Source of the DNA: Vairimorpha necatrix
Lineage: Eukaryota
DNA length: 64,000 nucleotides
Reading direction: 5' to 3'
NCBI GenBank assembly: GCA_036630325.1
Contig: CP142731.1
Location: forward strand, 1,178,001-1,242,000
In this document: piece after piece, positions 49,126 through 60,364 of the stretch
Numbering within the stretch: the stretch's first letter is position 1
Layout: each line of letters begins with the position of its first letter
The notes under the pieces: generated by a model
Database searches by the model: none
What the model was told of the DNA's origin: nothing
The model's input: the letters and a program-made list of their open reading frames with translations, nothing else
Position numbers and translations under genes: made by a program

Positions 49126-49931
49126 GGTGCCCTTGGCCGAGTGGTCGAAGGGATGTTCTCATTGACCAATGGGCTGGGTTCGAGTCCCAGGGGCACCAAA
49201 TTGTTTCTACTTTCTATGATGCAGTTGGAACAACTCAGATGATGAAAATGTCCACGGTAATCATTAAGTTGATTCAATGAAACTTGTGTGTGTCCAGCCA
49301 CAAGGGGATTAGCATCTAGTGTAGAAACGCACCTCAAGGCCAAAAAGCAGTATCGCCCTTTGGTGACTTAATGATACATAAAAGTATCTAATGGGTACGG
49401 CCTAGTTGGAGCCCATGGCTGGTGCACTCTAGAGTGGGATCCTAGAGCTAACTAAGAGACTAGACGAAGTAGGGCAATAGAAGGTCTCGTGGACCCTATC
49501 CTACATGATTCTGTAACACGGTGGCCGAAACTAGTGGGAGACTGGTGGTCAACGCAGTCCAATAAAAATGCCGGGCTGGGGACGTGGTCGTGTAAGGAGC
49601 CGTGTGTGCAATACAGACGATTGTAGGGACCTTTGAGTAAGTACGATGATGTCTCTCCTCGGGTTATAGATAACCATGCCCGTTAAGTATATCCGCTGTG
49701 AGGTCACTCTGGACGCGATTTGAGGTATAAATGGAAAGTGTTCTCCTGGAGCCAAAGTCCAATGGATACGGCGGAGCTTGCTGCACCGGCAAGTTATACG
49801 GAGGGAGTTTTAGTGAGTAAGAATCTCACAGTACCAGTTGGAAAAGGATCACACCCAAATCCCTCTGGTCCCTATGTAAGGTTTCTCCCTACCTCTTACT
49901 TGCAAAGAAAAAAAAAAAAAAAAAAAAAAAA
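49126..49931 (+). mobile_element. tRNA-headed SINE-like element, copy 2
   Basis: A-box TGGCCGAGTGG, B-box GGTTCGAGTCC, acceptor stem GGTGCCC/GGGCACC, A24 tail at 49908-49931. TSD TTTAATTTTTA at 49113-49123 and 49932-49942. Confidence 0.92.
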
Positions 49932-50880
49932 TTTAATTTTTATATAGAAGAATTATTTCAAAAATCTTCTTCCATAATGACTTGTCTGTTAAAAATATAA
50001 ATCTGGCCAGATAGAAAGTAATAAGCATATACTCTACATTCTAAAATCGAATGTATAATAAAATGAGATTTGACATACAAATCAGGTCGATTTGGATAAA
50101 GATATATTTGAATGTAAAAAAATAGTTTATAATTTAATTCTCTATAAATATTCTATTTGGTATGATTAATATTAAAAGATGTAGGTAATTTGACTCCTCT
50201 TGCTCATCCCTTTTAGCACTTCATTTGTGAAGTTATAAAAATAGAATAAATGTCCTTTGAGTTATAATGTTTAAGCATCTTCGATCGATCAATTAAGTAC
50301 TTCTTAAAGGATGTACTTTTTTACTTAATAAATTATAAATAATTGATATCTTAAAATATACTTTTATAATCCTAAAAATAAATAACGTTAAATACAAAAA
50401 TTAGATTTGATTACTAAATATGTCCACAAAGAATATTATATACGTTGCAAATGTTGAACGTTTAATGATAAGTACATGATTTACTTTAGAGAAATTTGAT
50501 ATTTATATTTTGTTATATTGCATTTAGACAATTTTAGGCATCCTTAAATACAGCAATCTTGGTTTGAAAGTTTACTCTTGTAAATTTGACTTGAGATTGG
50601 ATTTAATTGACACATATCGAGAAACCTAATATTTATATTTTTTAGAAAACATACAATAAGATTACATAAACACTAAATATAAAATTTCTATAAATAAAAC
50701 ACCTGTTTGCATTTTTTTAGTTGATTTTTTTTGACATGCAAAAAAAAAAATATATCCATAACTTTATTTTGAATTGAATCATAATTCACCAAAAAATTTT
50801 TAGTGTATGTTTTTATTAAGTTTTTTTGTGATTTGTTTATATTATTTTTCATCTTTAAAAAAACATTTTGTTTAGGTCAT

Positions 50881-53082
50881 ATGTATTTCGCTAAAATCTT
50901 GTCTCTTATTTTAGTTATTCGGGGATGTAAACACGTATATGATAAGCTTAATGAGGTGATAATAAACAAGATAGAGAATAAAGACTATGGAATAATAAAA
51001 CGTAGGAATTTTTTTTTTGAAGTTTTATTAGGATTTGATGAAAATGATAATATTTTAAGCATAAAGCTATCAATACAATTGAGCAACATAGACATTCGGC
51101 CAAAGTTCAAAAATATAAAAGTTAACTGTAATTATAAATCCATTGATGATATAGTGAAAGAAATCGAACATATTTTATTTGAAGCCTACAAAGAAAAAGT
51201 AGTTGATTCCATAATTTTAATTTATAATCTAAAATTTAATGAATCTAATTATATTTTGAAAAAAATAATTAATAATATAAAAAAAGAAAATATAGTTAGG
51301 AAAAAACGACCCTTTCATTCAGATATCTGTTATGTAAACATCATTGAAAATAATGCTTTGATAGCTATTACTAGTTCAAAAACAAAGAGATATTTTTATT
51401 ATATAGAAAATAAAATTTATGATCAATGTATACAACGGGAAAATATTAAAAACAGCAATATTAATTCTATATGGATTTGTATATATATAGACCAAATATA
51501 TTATTTTTTTGAGTTAGACATTAAAGAATTGGGGTTAGAAAATCTTTATTTTTCAAATATAACAAAAAAGGTATATGATAATGAAAATGATGACAAAGTA
51601 TTTCAGTATCTTTACGAATTGTATTTATATGCTAATATTGAAAACTTTGATACCTGTATCGGCACTTTCCTACCACTTTGTACTATAAATGATGTATTAA
51701 TCATAGGTAATAATTTTACAATTGAATTAAAAAATCAAGAAATAGTTTTTTTACTTGATTCAGGCGATTATTATTATTCTTTTAAAGAAAAAACTGCAAA
51801 AAATATAAAAATATTGTTTGAATTTCAAGAATTATTGGTAAAAATCTCCATGATATTGAAAGCTGAAGAGAAATTTAAGTGTGTTGAATTATTTTTTCGA
51901 ATAACAGAAAACAACATATATTTGAAGCTGCTTGTAGATAGAATTTTATTTTATTCGAGAACGTCTTTGAGGATCATCTTTACACACCTTTTGTTAATTG
52001 AGAAAATTTTAGATGAAACTGAGTTAAAAAAAATAATTGCCAATGAAGCATTATCTGAAAAAAGAAAAATTCAAATTCTAAAAGATACATTGAGGATTTT
52101 ATTAAAGTATGAATGTTTATCTAGCACGTACACAATGAAAATCTGTTTATTTCTAGAGGCCGAAATTTCTATGAACGAAGATGATGTTATTAGTAATTCT
52201 TTGTTTGGAACTTTAAAAAAAATTGCAAAAATCATAGCAGATAAAAAAACGCAGAAAAACAATTTTAATGAGCTGATTGAAACATCTGACAAAGTCCAAG
52301 TTGATTTATTGACAATATACGAAGAAATTTATATTTTACATATAGATAATATTAAAAACATGAAGGAGATAGTTTCTGAGTATGTATTCCAAGTAATATT
52401 ATTGTTTACAGAATCTGTCCATAATATAGGTGTAAATTTATCTAACAAAACAGACAAAGTGTTTACACGTTCATGGATTAATGAAAATGAAATAGAAAAA
52501 AATAATGACATAATAAGAAAAAAATTAATAGATAAATCACATGAAGATAAAAACATTGAGAAAATAAAAAAGATACTTGAAATAGAATCTGAAAAAAAAT
52601 TAAGGAAAGCTTTAAATACAATTCAATATCATGCATTGAATAAATTTGTAAAAAACTTATATGATGATAAAATATATATGAATTTTGAAAATAACTATAA
52701 AACACAAGGGTATAATTTGATTGACAATGTACTTATTTACGATGATAAAACGAGAAAATTACTCAATTATTCAAAAATTAATGTAGAGAATCTGATTAAT
52801 AGTTTTAAGAATTGTGAGAAAGAAAAGTTTTACAAAAGATTAAAATATTATATGAAAGAAAATTTGAGAAGAAATGTTAAACCCCATTTTTTTTACGCAA
52901 TGATGGAATTTTTTGAAAGTGAAATTAACAATGAAATATGTAATAATGCCAGACATAAAATCAACATAGAAAATATAAAATCTAAATTTAGTGAATATGA
53001 TGTTTTGGAGCTACTTAACATGGATTTTGGGATAAAAATACATGAAGTTTTGATAAAAAGCTTAGAGAATAAAAATCAATAA
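50881..53082 (+). CDS. Large lineage-specific hypothetical protein, putative signal peptide
   Basis: ORF of ~730 aa from ATG 50881 (MYFAKILSLILVIRG). No domain recognised. Confidence 0.8.
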   Translation: MYFAKILSLILVIRGCKHVYDKLNEVIINKIENKDYGIIKRRNFFFEVLLGFDENDNILSIKLSIQLSNIDIRPKFKNIKVNCNYKSIDDIVKEIEHILFEAYKEKVVDSIILIYNLKFNESNYILKKIINNIKKENIVRKKRPFHSDICYVNIIENNALIAITSSKTKRYFYYIENKIYDQCIQRENIKNSNINSIWICIYIDQIYYFFELDIKELGLENLYFSNITKKVYDNENDDKVFQYLYELYLYANIENFDTCIGTFLPLCTINDVLIIGNNFTIELKNQEIVFLLDSGDYYYSFKEKTAKNIKILFEFQELLVKISMILKAEEKFKCVELFFRITENNIYLKLLVDRILFYSRTSLRIIFTHLLLIEKILDETELKKIIANEALSEKRKIQILKDTLRILLKYECLSSTYTMKICLFLEAEISMNEDDVISNSLFGTLKKIAKIIADKKTQKNNFNELIETSDKVQVDLLTIYEEIYILHIDNIKNMKEIVSEYVFQVILLFTESVHNIGVNLSNKTDKVFTRSWINENEIEKNNDIIRKKLIDKSHEDKNIEKIKKILEIESEKKLRKALNTIQYHALNKFVKNLYDDKIYMNFENNYKTQGYNLIDNVLIYDDKTRKLLNYSKINVENLINSFKNCEKEKFYKRLKYYMKENLRRNVKPHFFYAMMEFFESEINNEICNNARHKINIENIKSKFSEYDVLELLNMDFGIKIHEVLIKSLENKNQ

Positions 53083-54500
53083 CTTTTAAGCTGTTTATAT
53101 TGCCAAATTATATTTTTTTTAGAAATATAAAATGCAAATCTAGGCCAGAATTCGTTAGCGAATTTTATAATACTTAATATTTAATTACAAAAAAAATATT
53201 TGCATTTTAATAATAAATTTATCGAATAACGCCAATAAAAGTAAAAAGCTGCTGATATATGTATTTGTTATATTACTATCTCTTAAAAATCATAATTTGT
53301 AAAATATATACTAATTCCCGTTCCTATATATCAATTTTTTTGATTATACATATTACAATGAGATGTACTTCGCTGAACTTGACATCATACCTTCTTTTCA
53401 TTACTGTAGCATTATAATTTATTTTTTTTGTGCAGTAGTTAATAGGAAACACTATTATATATAATAATTGCAAAATGCAAGAAAATACAATCTCACATTC
53501 TTATATCTTGTTTATGCAAATAACTTGATGTAAAATTAATTTAATGATTCGTTCAATGCTCTTATATAGATATAATTATATACATGAATTTGTTTTAATT
53601 GTGAAATTCTTTTAGACGATATTTATTGTGATATTTAAATGCAAATAATTAGAAAATTTGCCAATGTAATATTTACAACATCAATTAATAATTAATCTTA
53701 TATTTAAAATATTTTTAATATGTTTTTGAGATAATCATTTAGTTTGTTTTTGTGTTGTACTTTAAACATAAATACATTGAATTTTAAATGCTTTACAAAA
53801 AAGCTTTTTTTGACATTAATATATGAGATTTTTTAATAAAATATAAAAAAATATAATGGTAAAGATTTATAAACATAACATTACCTGAATTAAAATAAAA
53901 CTAGTAGAACTTTTATTGTTATTTAGAAAAGCCACCAAGCATATAAAACTTCAACAGCCAATAACTTATGATACACAGCAGCATTCCATAAAGGCCTTGC
54001 TTGTAGGCTAAAAATTATCGCTTAGGATTAGAACCACAGAGAAGAATGCCTGTGATCTGTGTTTAGCAGGATTTTAAGAGAATAGCACGTCTGACGTACT
54101 CGTCAGTTAAGAACCTAACTCTTCCAACTTAAATAATACGGCATCAGCTGCTTGCCATATTTATCTCAGGTAAAAATTTACAACATTACTTGTATTTTTT
54201 TATTGACTTTAGATTGATATTATTAAATGTAGTTCAACTAGTACAATTTCCATACAATTTTAGAAATATTCTCGTAAAAAAAAGTAAAATTCAATAATAA
54301 TACATACAAAGAGGTAAAGTTATGACCTCTAAAAATATGGTAATTAAATATTTATTCAAGAAACAAAAATAACCTATGTTAAAATACTCTAATAAAAGCA
54401 AATTGTATTTTCTTTAAAAATAAAAAATGTTAATTCTATACATATACAATTTTATAAATAAGTATATTTAATTAATATTAAAATACCCATAAGACCTTTA

Positions 54501-55838
54501 TTACGCGATATCAAATTCTTTCTCGGGCCATTCGAGCGCAATTAAGAGATTTTTTCGTAAAACTTCCTCAGAAGAAAAGTTTGAAAGATATAGTCTATTC
54601 ATGCATGTTCTTGCCCATGGCAGTTTATCAATTTTTTCTTTACCATCAGGCAAAATGTTAAACAATTCTTTTCTATTTCCAATGCAAAGATTTTTAAATC
54701 CTCCTACTGGTGGTTTACGAGATCCAGTTACATAATATAAAACTTTACTTCTCTCTTCTTGTGTTAAACTTTCCATAACATTCCAAAACCAAATAATTTC
54801 TTGAGAATCTTCTGTAAATTTTTCGCCCCCACTTACATAACTTTCATCCGTATACTTAGTATTTGCTTTCCAATCTTCAATATCGATGAAACTTTCTCCA
54901 CAAATTAATTTCTGGAAGGAAGATTGAGATAATTTCCCTAACAACATATCTTTAGGTATTACTTTATGCAAACCTTCTTTTATTAAATCACATTCTTCAC
55001 TTATATTCTTACTGTATTTATGTTTTAATAAGGTATCAATATATTCATCAACGTTTGTTTCGTCTACGACAATGTTTTTTCCATCTGTTTTCAATTCAAT
55101 TCCATCTTCATCTACAAAAGTAAGTTCTGAATCTTCAAGCAAGTCTTTATTTTCTTTTAAACTCATTAAATTTCTGTAGTAATTTTTATCAATATTTTCA
55201 AAATCTTCCGTTGTGATATCAATTTCTAAAATTTTTTTCCACACGATTGGATCAAATCTAACATCAGCTATAATTGATTTTCGCAACATTAAAGCCATGA
55301 TTATACCTAAAGTTTTATAGGCCAAATTTCTTATTTGTGGATTAGTTCCAGAGCAATATTTCATAGGAATAATCCCAGAAGTATCTCCACTTGGTGAATA
55401 GAACAATTTTCTTTCGGGTTTGAAAATTTCTTGAATGAACAAAGTGAAATATTCTTTACTGAGACCACCTCCATCTTGTCCTATTTCATCGATGAATTTC
55501 ACACTATAATTATACTTTAATAACTCGACTTTTTCCAAGACGAAAAGATATGCAATCGCTGAATAAAAAATTGTCTCACGCCTACAATAAATTATGACAG
55601 TATCATTTGATTTTGTTAGTTTATTAAAATAAATTTTCAATTCTTCTTTAAATCGGGCTATTTCATCTTCATAGGCAGCCTCAGTCAATTGAACAATATC
55701 TTCATTACTACTTTCCACGTCCATATTATTATCAGCATGAGCCATTTCAATATCCATATCTACGTTATCCTCTAATGAACAGAAATAACACGATAAATAT
55801 ATTAAAACAATATAATTATTTTTTCCCCAGAAAATCAT
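54501..55838 (-). CDS. HECT-domain E3 ubiquitin ligase with a signal-peptide-like N-terminus
   Basis: VKFIDEIGQDGGGLSKEYF, IDIEDWKANTKY, IIWFW, YVTGS..PPVGGF, LPWARTCMNRLYL (catalytic Cys) and Phe at -4. CCC motif before the ATG. Confidence 0.92.
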   Translation of the reverse strand: MIFWGKNNYIVLIYLSCYFCSLEDNVDMDIEMAHADNNMDVESSNEDIVQLTEAAYEDEIARFKEELKIYFNKLTKSNDTVIIYCRRETIFYSAIAYLFVLEKVELLKYNYSVKFIDEIGQDGGGLSKEYFTLFIQEIFKPERKLFYSPSGDTSGIIPMKYCSGTNPQIRNLAYKTLGIIMALMLRKSIIADVRFDPIVWKKILEIDITTEDFENIDKNYYRNLMSLKENKDLLEDSELTFVDEDGIELKTDGKNIVVDETNVDEYIDTLLKHKYSKNISEECDLIKEGLHKVIPKDMLLGKLSQSSFQKLICGESFIDIEDWKANTKYTDESYVSGGEKFTEDSQEIIWFWNVMESLTQEERSKVLYYVTGSRKPPVGGFKNLCIGNRKELFNILPDGKEKIDKLPWARTCMNRLYLSNFSSEEVLRKNLLIALEWPEKEFDIA

Positions 55839-56828
55839 AATGGGTAAAATAAATCTTGTATTTATAGTTTTTTTTTTGTGCAGAAAATATAAATTAAAAA
55901 GAATTTGCTTTGTTTAATATTGAAGAACAACGAAATTATTGTCTCTAGATAGAATTTATAAAATTTTGACAGGCGTTTTGATAAGAAACAATAAAAAACT
56001 GACAGATGACAGGTGCAAAATCAAAATACTAATTTTTATTGTACAAAAACGTGATATAATGCTAAATAATATTTTTTTAAGCATTTAATTTTTAAAAATT
56101 TATGCTCGTGTCAATCAAATCAAATCAAATATTTTAAAATTATTTTTTGGATGTTATAGTTGATCCTTTTCTAAAATCATTGGATAAAAAATCCTAGATT
56201 AATAATAAGTTGGTCTTGCTATTTTTTTTAAAATATTTTATATTTGACATTGCGAATCTTCATTTAGTATATATATGTATAAGTTTTAAATCATGCAAAG
56301 AATCAAATACTAATGAAATATAACAAAAACTATATTCAATGATAGTACTTGAAGCTGCATTGTAACATTTGATTACGCCATATATTACTTGAAAACAAAC
56401 ACGTTACTTGAATGAATGATTTTAAAATAAAGCCGTCTTTAGCCTTTTTTATTTTTTAGTAATTTTTATCAATTAAAACATAAAGAAAGACACTTAAAAG
56501 GCATTTTGTTAAAAAAATGTTATATATGATTGAATGAAAATTAAAGGATCTAACTGAAGCCTTTGATAGTTAATAAGCAACAATGTTTTGTCTGATGTAC
56601 TAATAGTGAAGAATTAAATCCATAAATTTGATTCGAAGTTGATAAATCAATAAAAATAATCATATTTTATGAGCTAAATCGATGTTTTAAAAAAGTACAA
56701 TAAAAATTTTCTTAAAAATAGAAACATGTAAAATTGGTTTATTTATATTAGTTACACCTTAAATATAATTTTGGGGCCATCTTTGTCTTCGTATGATTTT
56801 CTATCTTAAATTTATTATACCAATATTG

Positions 56829-57425
56829 GGAGCAGGGATACTTACAGCCCTTGCATTAGAGGGTTTTACTTTATTTTTTCGAAACCAAAAAATGAAGTGG
56901 AAAAAAAAAGAGAAGTAAACATTAGCACTCATATACTTACAACTGTAATATTAAAAATACTTTTTAAAAATGTTATTTTAATATTAAATTTAATCTAAAA
57001 AACGAATGTCTCTATTGAACTATATATTTTAAATTAGGGCAACGCATTTATAATACAAGTTTTGATTAAAAAAATCTTTCTAGATTTTAGAATATGTATT
57101 AAAATTTTCTATATCTAAATCATATTTTTTAATTGTTGGTTTATAACTAAAGAAGATTTTCATAAAAATTCTCGTTTTATACAAACCAAGAATTTTAAAA
57201 TATTTAAAAATCGGAAGTGTAAAAAATGCACCTCAATAAACAATACAATGAGTTACTTGTAAATCAATTTTTGTATCATAGTATATACTTATTTAGTTTT
57301 TATAATATCGTAATTGCTTAATAATTTTTGTCTCTTCTCTGCTCCTTTTATTTTGCACTTCGTTTTGGGGGTCAAAAGAAAATTTGTACACCCTCAAATG
57401 CGGGGGTCATTAGTTCTCTTTGGCC
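56829..57425. mobile_element. Merlin-family MITE (597 bp)
   Basis: GG...CC ends, imperfect TIRs (GCATTAGAGGGT / ACCCTCAAATGC), 9-bp TSD CCAATATTG at 56820-56828 and 57426-57434, no ORF. Confidence 0.8.
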
Positions 57426-57974
57426 CCAATATTGATATTTATATTTTTAGTGTATATAAATTCTTGTGTCATCTTTAATTGATGTTTTTTTTCATAAACA
57501 TGCATCATAAATTGGTTTAAGGATCTATTAGTCTTTCATATCTTTTTTATATTTACAACTTGATAAGTTTTTGAACGATTATCATATTCAAACACCCTCA
57601 ATTTTTTTTGCCATTGAGATGTTTTTTTTTGACAGGTTTATTTTTTCAAATTTAAGAATATATCCAGAACTGGCAATAATATTTTCTAATTTATATTAAA
57701 ACTAATATTTAATTATTATTTAGAAGTTACCCTTCTAATAAAATAATCATACTAGGATAAAGATAGACTATATGGTTCAATCAAGCAATCCGATTTGATT
57801 TCTCATAAATACTACTTATTCTGATCATATTCTACTATAATAAGAGAATTTGTACATATAATTTGTGTATATTTAATAAGGATTTATTTTAAACACTGCT
57901 TTTCATTTTAGTAAACTCTTTAATGTCTAAAGTTTTTTTTTTAAGTTTGTCATTTATTATTGTCGGGGTCATTG

Positions 57975-58948
57975 GGTTAAAGGGCCCACTTTGGTCAAAA
58001 AAATGGTATAAATATTTTTTTTTAAAAAAAGACCCTTTTTTGGAAAGTCAAAACGGCAAAAAAGGAAGAAAAAATAAATTTAATAATATTCGTAAATAAA
58101 TCACCTTCAAAGTTCCTTCTTAACATATATCTTATCAACGATTTAGTAATCAATGTTCTGGTTCTGTGTCTTGCCGAAGTCTCATTTTTTAATCCACTCC
58201 AATTTCCTTCAATTGTGTTAGTATGACATCTATTGGAATTATTTACAAACTCCAATGAATGATTAACAGTTTTGTGTTCAGCAAAATAGTTTTTTTTCTT
58301 AAAATAAAACTTGAAGCAGTAACTGTGCATAATTGATTCAAAGTGAACATAATTTTTAATTATTTCTTCTAGTGTTTTGGCTTTCCTATCGTTGACTGGA
58401 ATCATAACTATCTTTCTTTGAACGGTTCTTTCAACCATCCCCAAAACCCATACACCTTCAACCCGATGTCCTCTGTGGTATTTTACTTTACCAAATTTGC
58501 TTTCATCTTTTTCTATTATTCCTGGTCCACCGATTTTACCAGTTCGTTCGTATACTTTATTTTCAATTGTAGAAATTGTTTTTTATGATATGTCGAATAC
58601 ATCTTTTACCAATATCAAGAAATTCTCCTATAGCAGTCTGGTTAACCTTACAAGACCATAATTTTATTATTAACAAAACATCTAAAATATTTGTTATTTT
58701 GTAATAAAATGGAGAGTCTTTTAATAATGACACTTTCCTCCGACATGCTTTCCAAACACATTTAGTCATTAATTTATTTTTATTACTTACTTTACAGTAA
58801 GCATCGCATTTTGGACACTTTACAGTCTTATTTTGAATTGCTGATGTAAAGATGTTCAAGAGTTCTTCCATTCGACTTTTCATTTTTGGGGTAAAAAAAA
58901 CAAATTCGCTTAAATACCATTTTTTTGACCAAAGTGGCCCCCTGCTCC
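57975..58948 (-). mobile_element. Merlin DNA transposon 2, inactivated transposase
   Basis: ~35-bp TIRs (CCACTTTGGTCAAAAAAATGGTAT), 9-bp TSD GGGTCATTG at 57966-57974 and 58949-58957. Transposase from ATG 58883 with a frameshift near 58580; IGGPG..DESKFG, VNHS, HTNTIEGNW; the HSD Asp is replaced by Tyr. Confidence 0.92.
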
Positions 58949-60138
58949 GGGTCATTGTAATTTTGAGTGTAAGTGCGAGATACGTATTGTAATTTATATT
59001 ACTTTTTGCTAGAACAAATATACTTGTGGTATTTGCAAAAAAGTCGACGCTTCTTTGAATTATTATCTACTTTTGCATTTCTAAACACTTAACTAAGAAA
59101 CTTGTAATAAATGATTCTCCCGATTTTTTACCTGTATGTACATGCACTCGATACTATAAACTTTAGTTTTAGAAAATTATGCATTTTTTTGTATTTAACA
59201 TAATTATTTGTTGTTTTTTATTCAAAACGATAGTAATTATTGTGTAAATTTAAATTATTTTTTTGATTTCATTAACGGTGATAAATTTTTATCAAAATTT
59301 CTATATTTTAATTATATTTTTTTTACTTTTGGCCCGTTTTCTTTTACTCCAATTTTGTAACATGCATTTAGAAAGCTTTATTTCGCTTATAAATTGCTAT
59401 AATGAGAATTTATTTATTCCAACTTCAATGCGTCTAAGATACAAAAATCTACATATTAAATTGAGCGTATAGTATTTTTCTAACGGGGTGTATTTGTTAT
59501 AATTATTCATTGTTATTTATAACTTATAAATATTTTACTATGTGATTCAGGATATAAAACATAAAATTGAGTCAAAAAGTTGTCATTTGTCTATTAATCA
59601 ATTTGTATATGTAAATTGCATTATTAGAAATTTTACAAAGGTGGATGAAATTTATTTTTTCCATTTTAAATCTATTTTAAGATATTTCACTTTAGTTTTA
59701 GTTATGCAAAGTATGATATTATAAGACTTTTTTGAGTTAATAGAAACTTGTTTTAAATGAAGTTACAAATAAATCTAAAAATTTATATTTTTTCCTAAAT
59801 TCTTTCATACATCGAGTTTTGATTTTTCGTTTTTATAATCTTTCACCACACAGTCCATACGAAAAAACATTATAAAGTTATTTTTCTAGAAAAATTGCCA
59901 AGGCTTTAGCCCAATAATCCTTTTATTATTAGTGAATTTTTTCCTCGCATATTAAGCACTTTTAAATTGTTTTATCTTTAGCTATATTGAAGTCTTGCAT
60001 AGATAAAGTGTAAAAAATAAAGTATTATAACAGAATTAAATATCTCTCCATGCCTATATATATATTTTTTCTTTAAGTGTTAGTGAACGGAGAGCAATTG
60101 GATCATTTGCACTTAACAATTTTTCTTGAGATGGTATA

Positions 60139-60364
60139 TGTCAAGGGACAGATCTCCAGTGGTCCTAAGATTGCCCTGGAGACCAGAGAATACCATACTA
60201 TAGGTATTCTTCTTCTTCTCTCCAATTATGTTTTGGAGGGAAATACTTTATTTTCCCTCCCACAAACATAAAAGAAAATCATACCCAGAAGGGTATGAAG
60301 AAGTTAAATAAAACATTAAGTAAAACTAACTCTTCTCGGACTGCTGGGCAACCAGTAGTCCACA
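60139..60364 (+). repeat. 5' LTR of Gypsy element B (226 bp)
   Basis: TGTCAAGG...CCACA, homologous to 2643-2869. Confidence 0.9.

Noticed and set aside
49126-49198. Possible real tRNA genes here and at 37489-37561
   Set aside because: No valid anticodon arm; both are heads of TSD-flanked, A-tailed repeats.
49455-49495. GAGACTAGACG...AAG(G/A)TCTCGT resembles group I intron R/S elements, and GAGCCGTGTG (~49597) resembles group II domain V
   Set aside because: The S-like segment cannot pair with GACTA to form P7, and the domain V-like stem is too short and mismatched. An Rfam scan would be needed.
2643-60364. The two LTRs as ends of one giant element
   Set aside because: The first follows a PPT (3' LTR) and the second precedes a PBS (5' LTR), and they are diverged. 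They belong to separate insertions.
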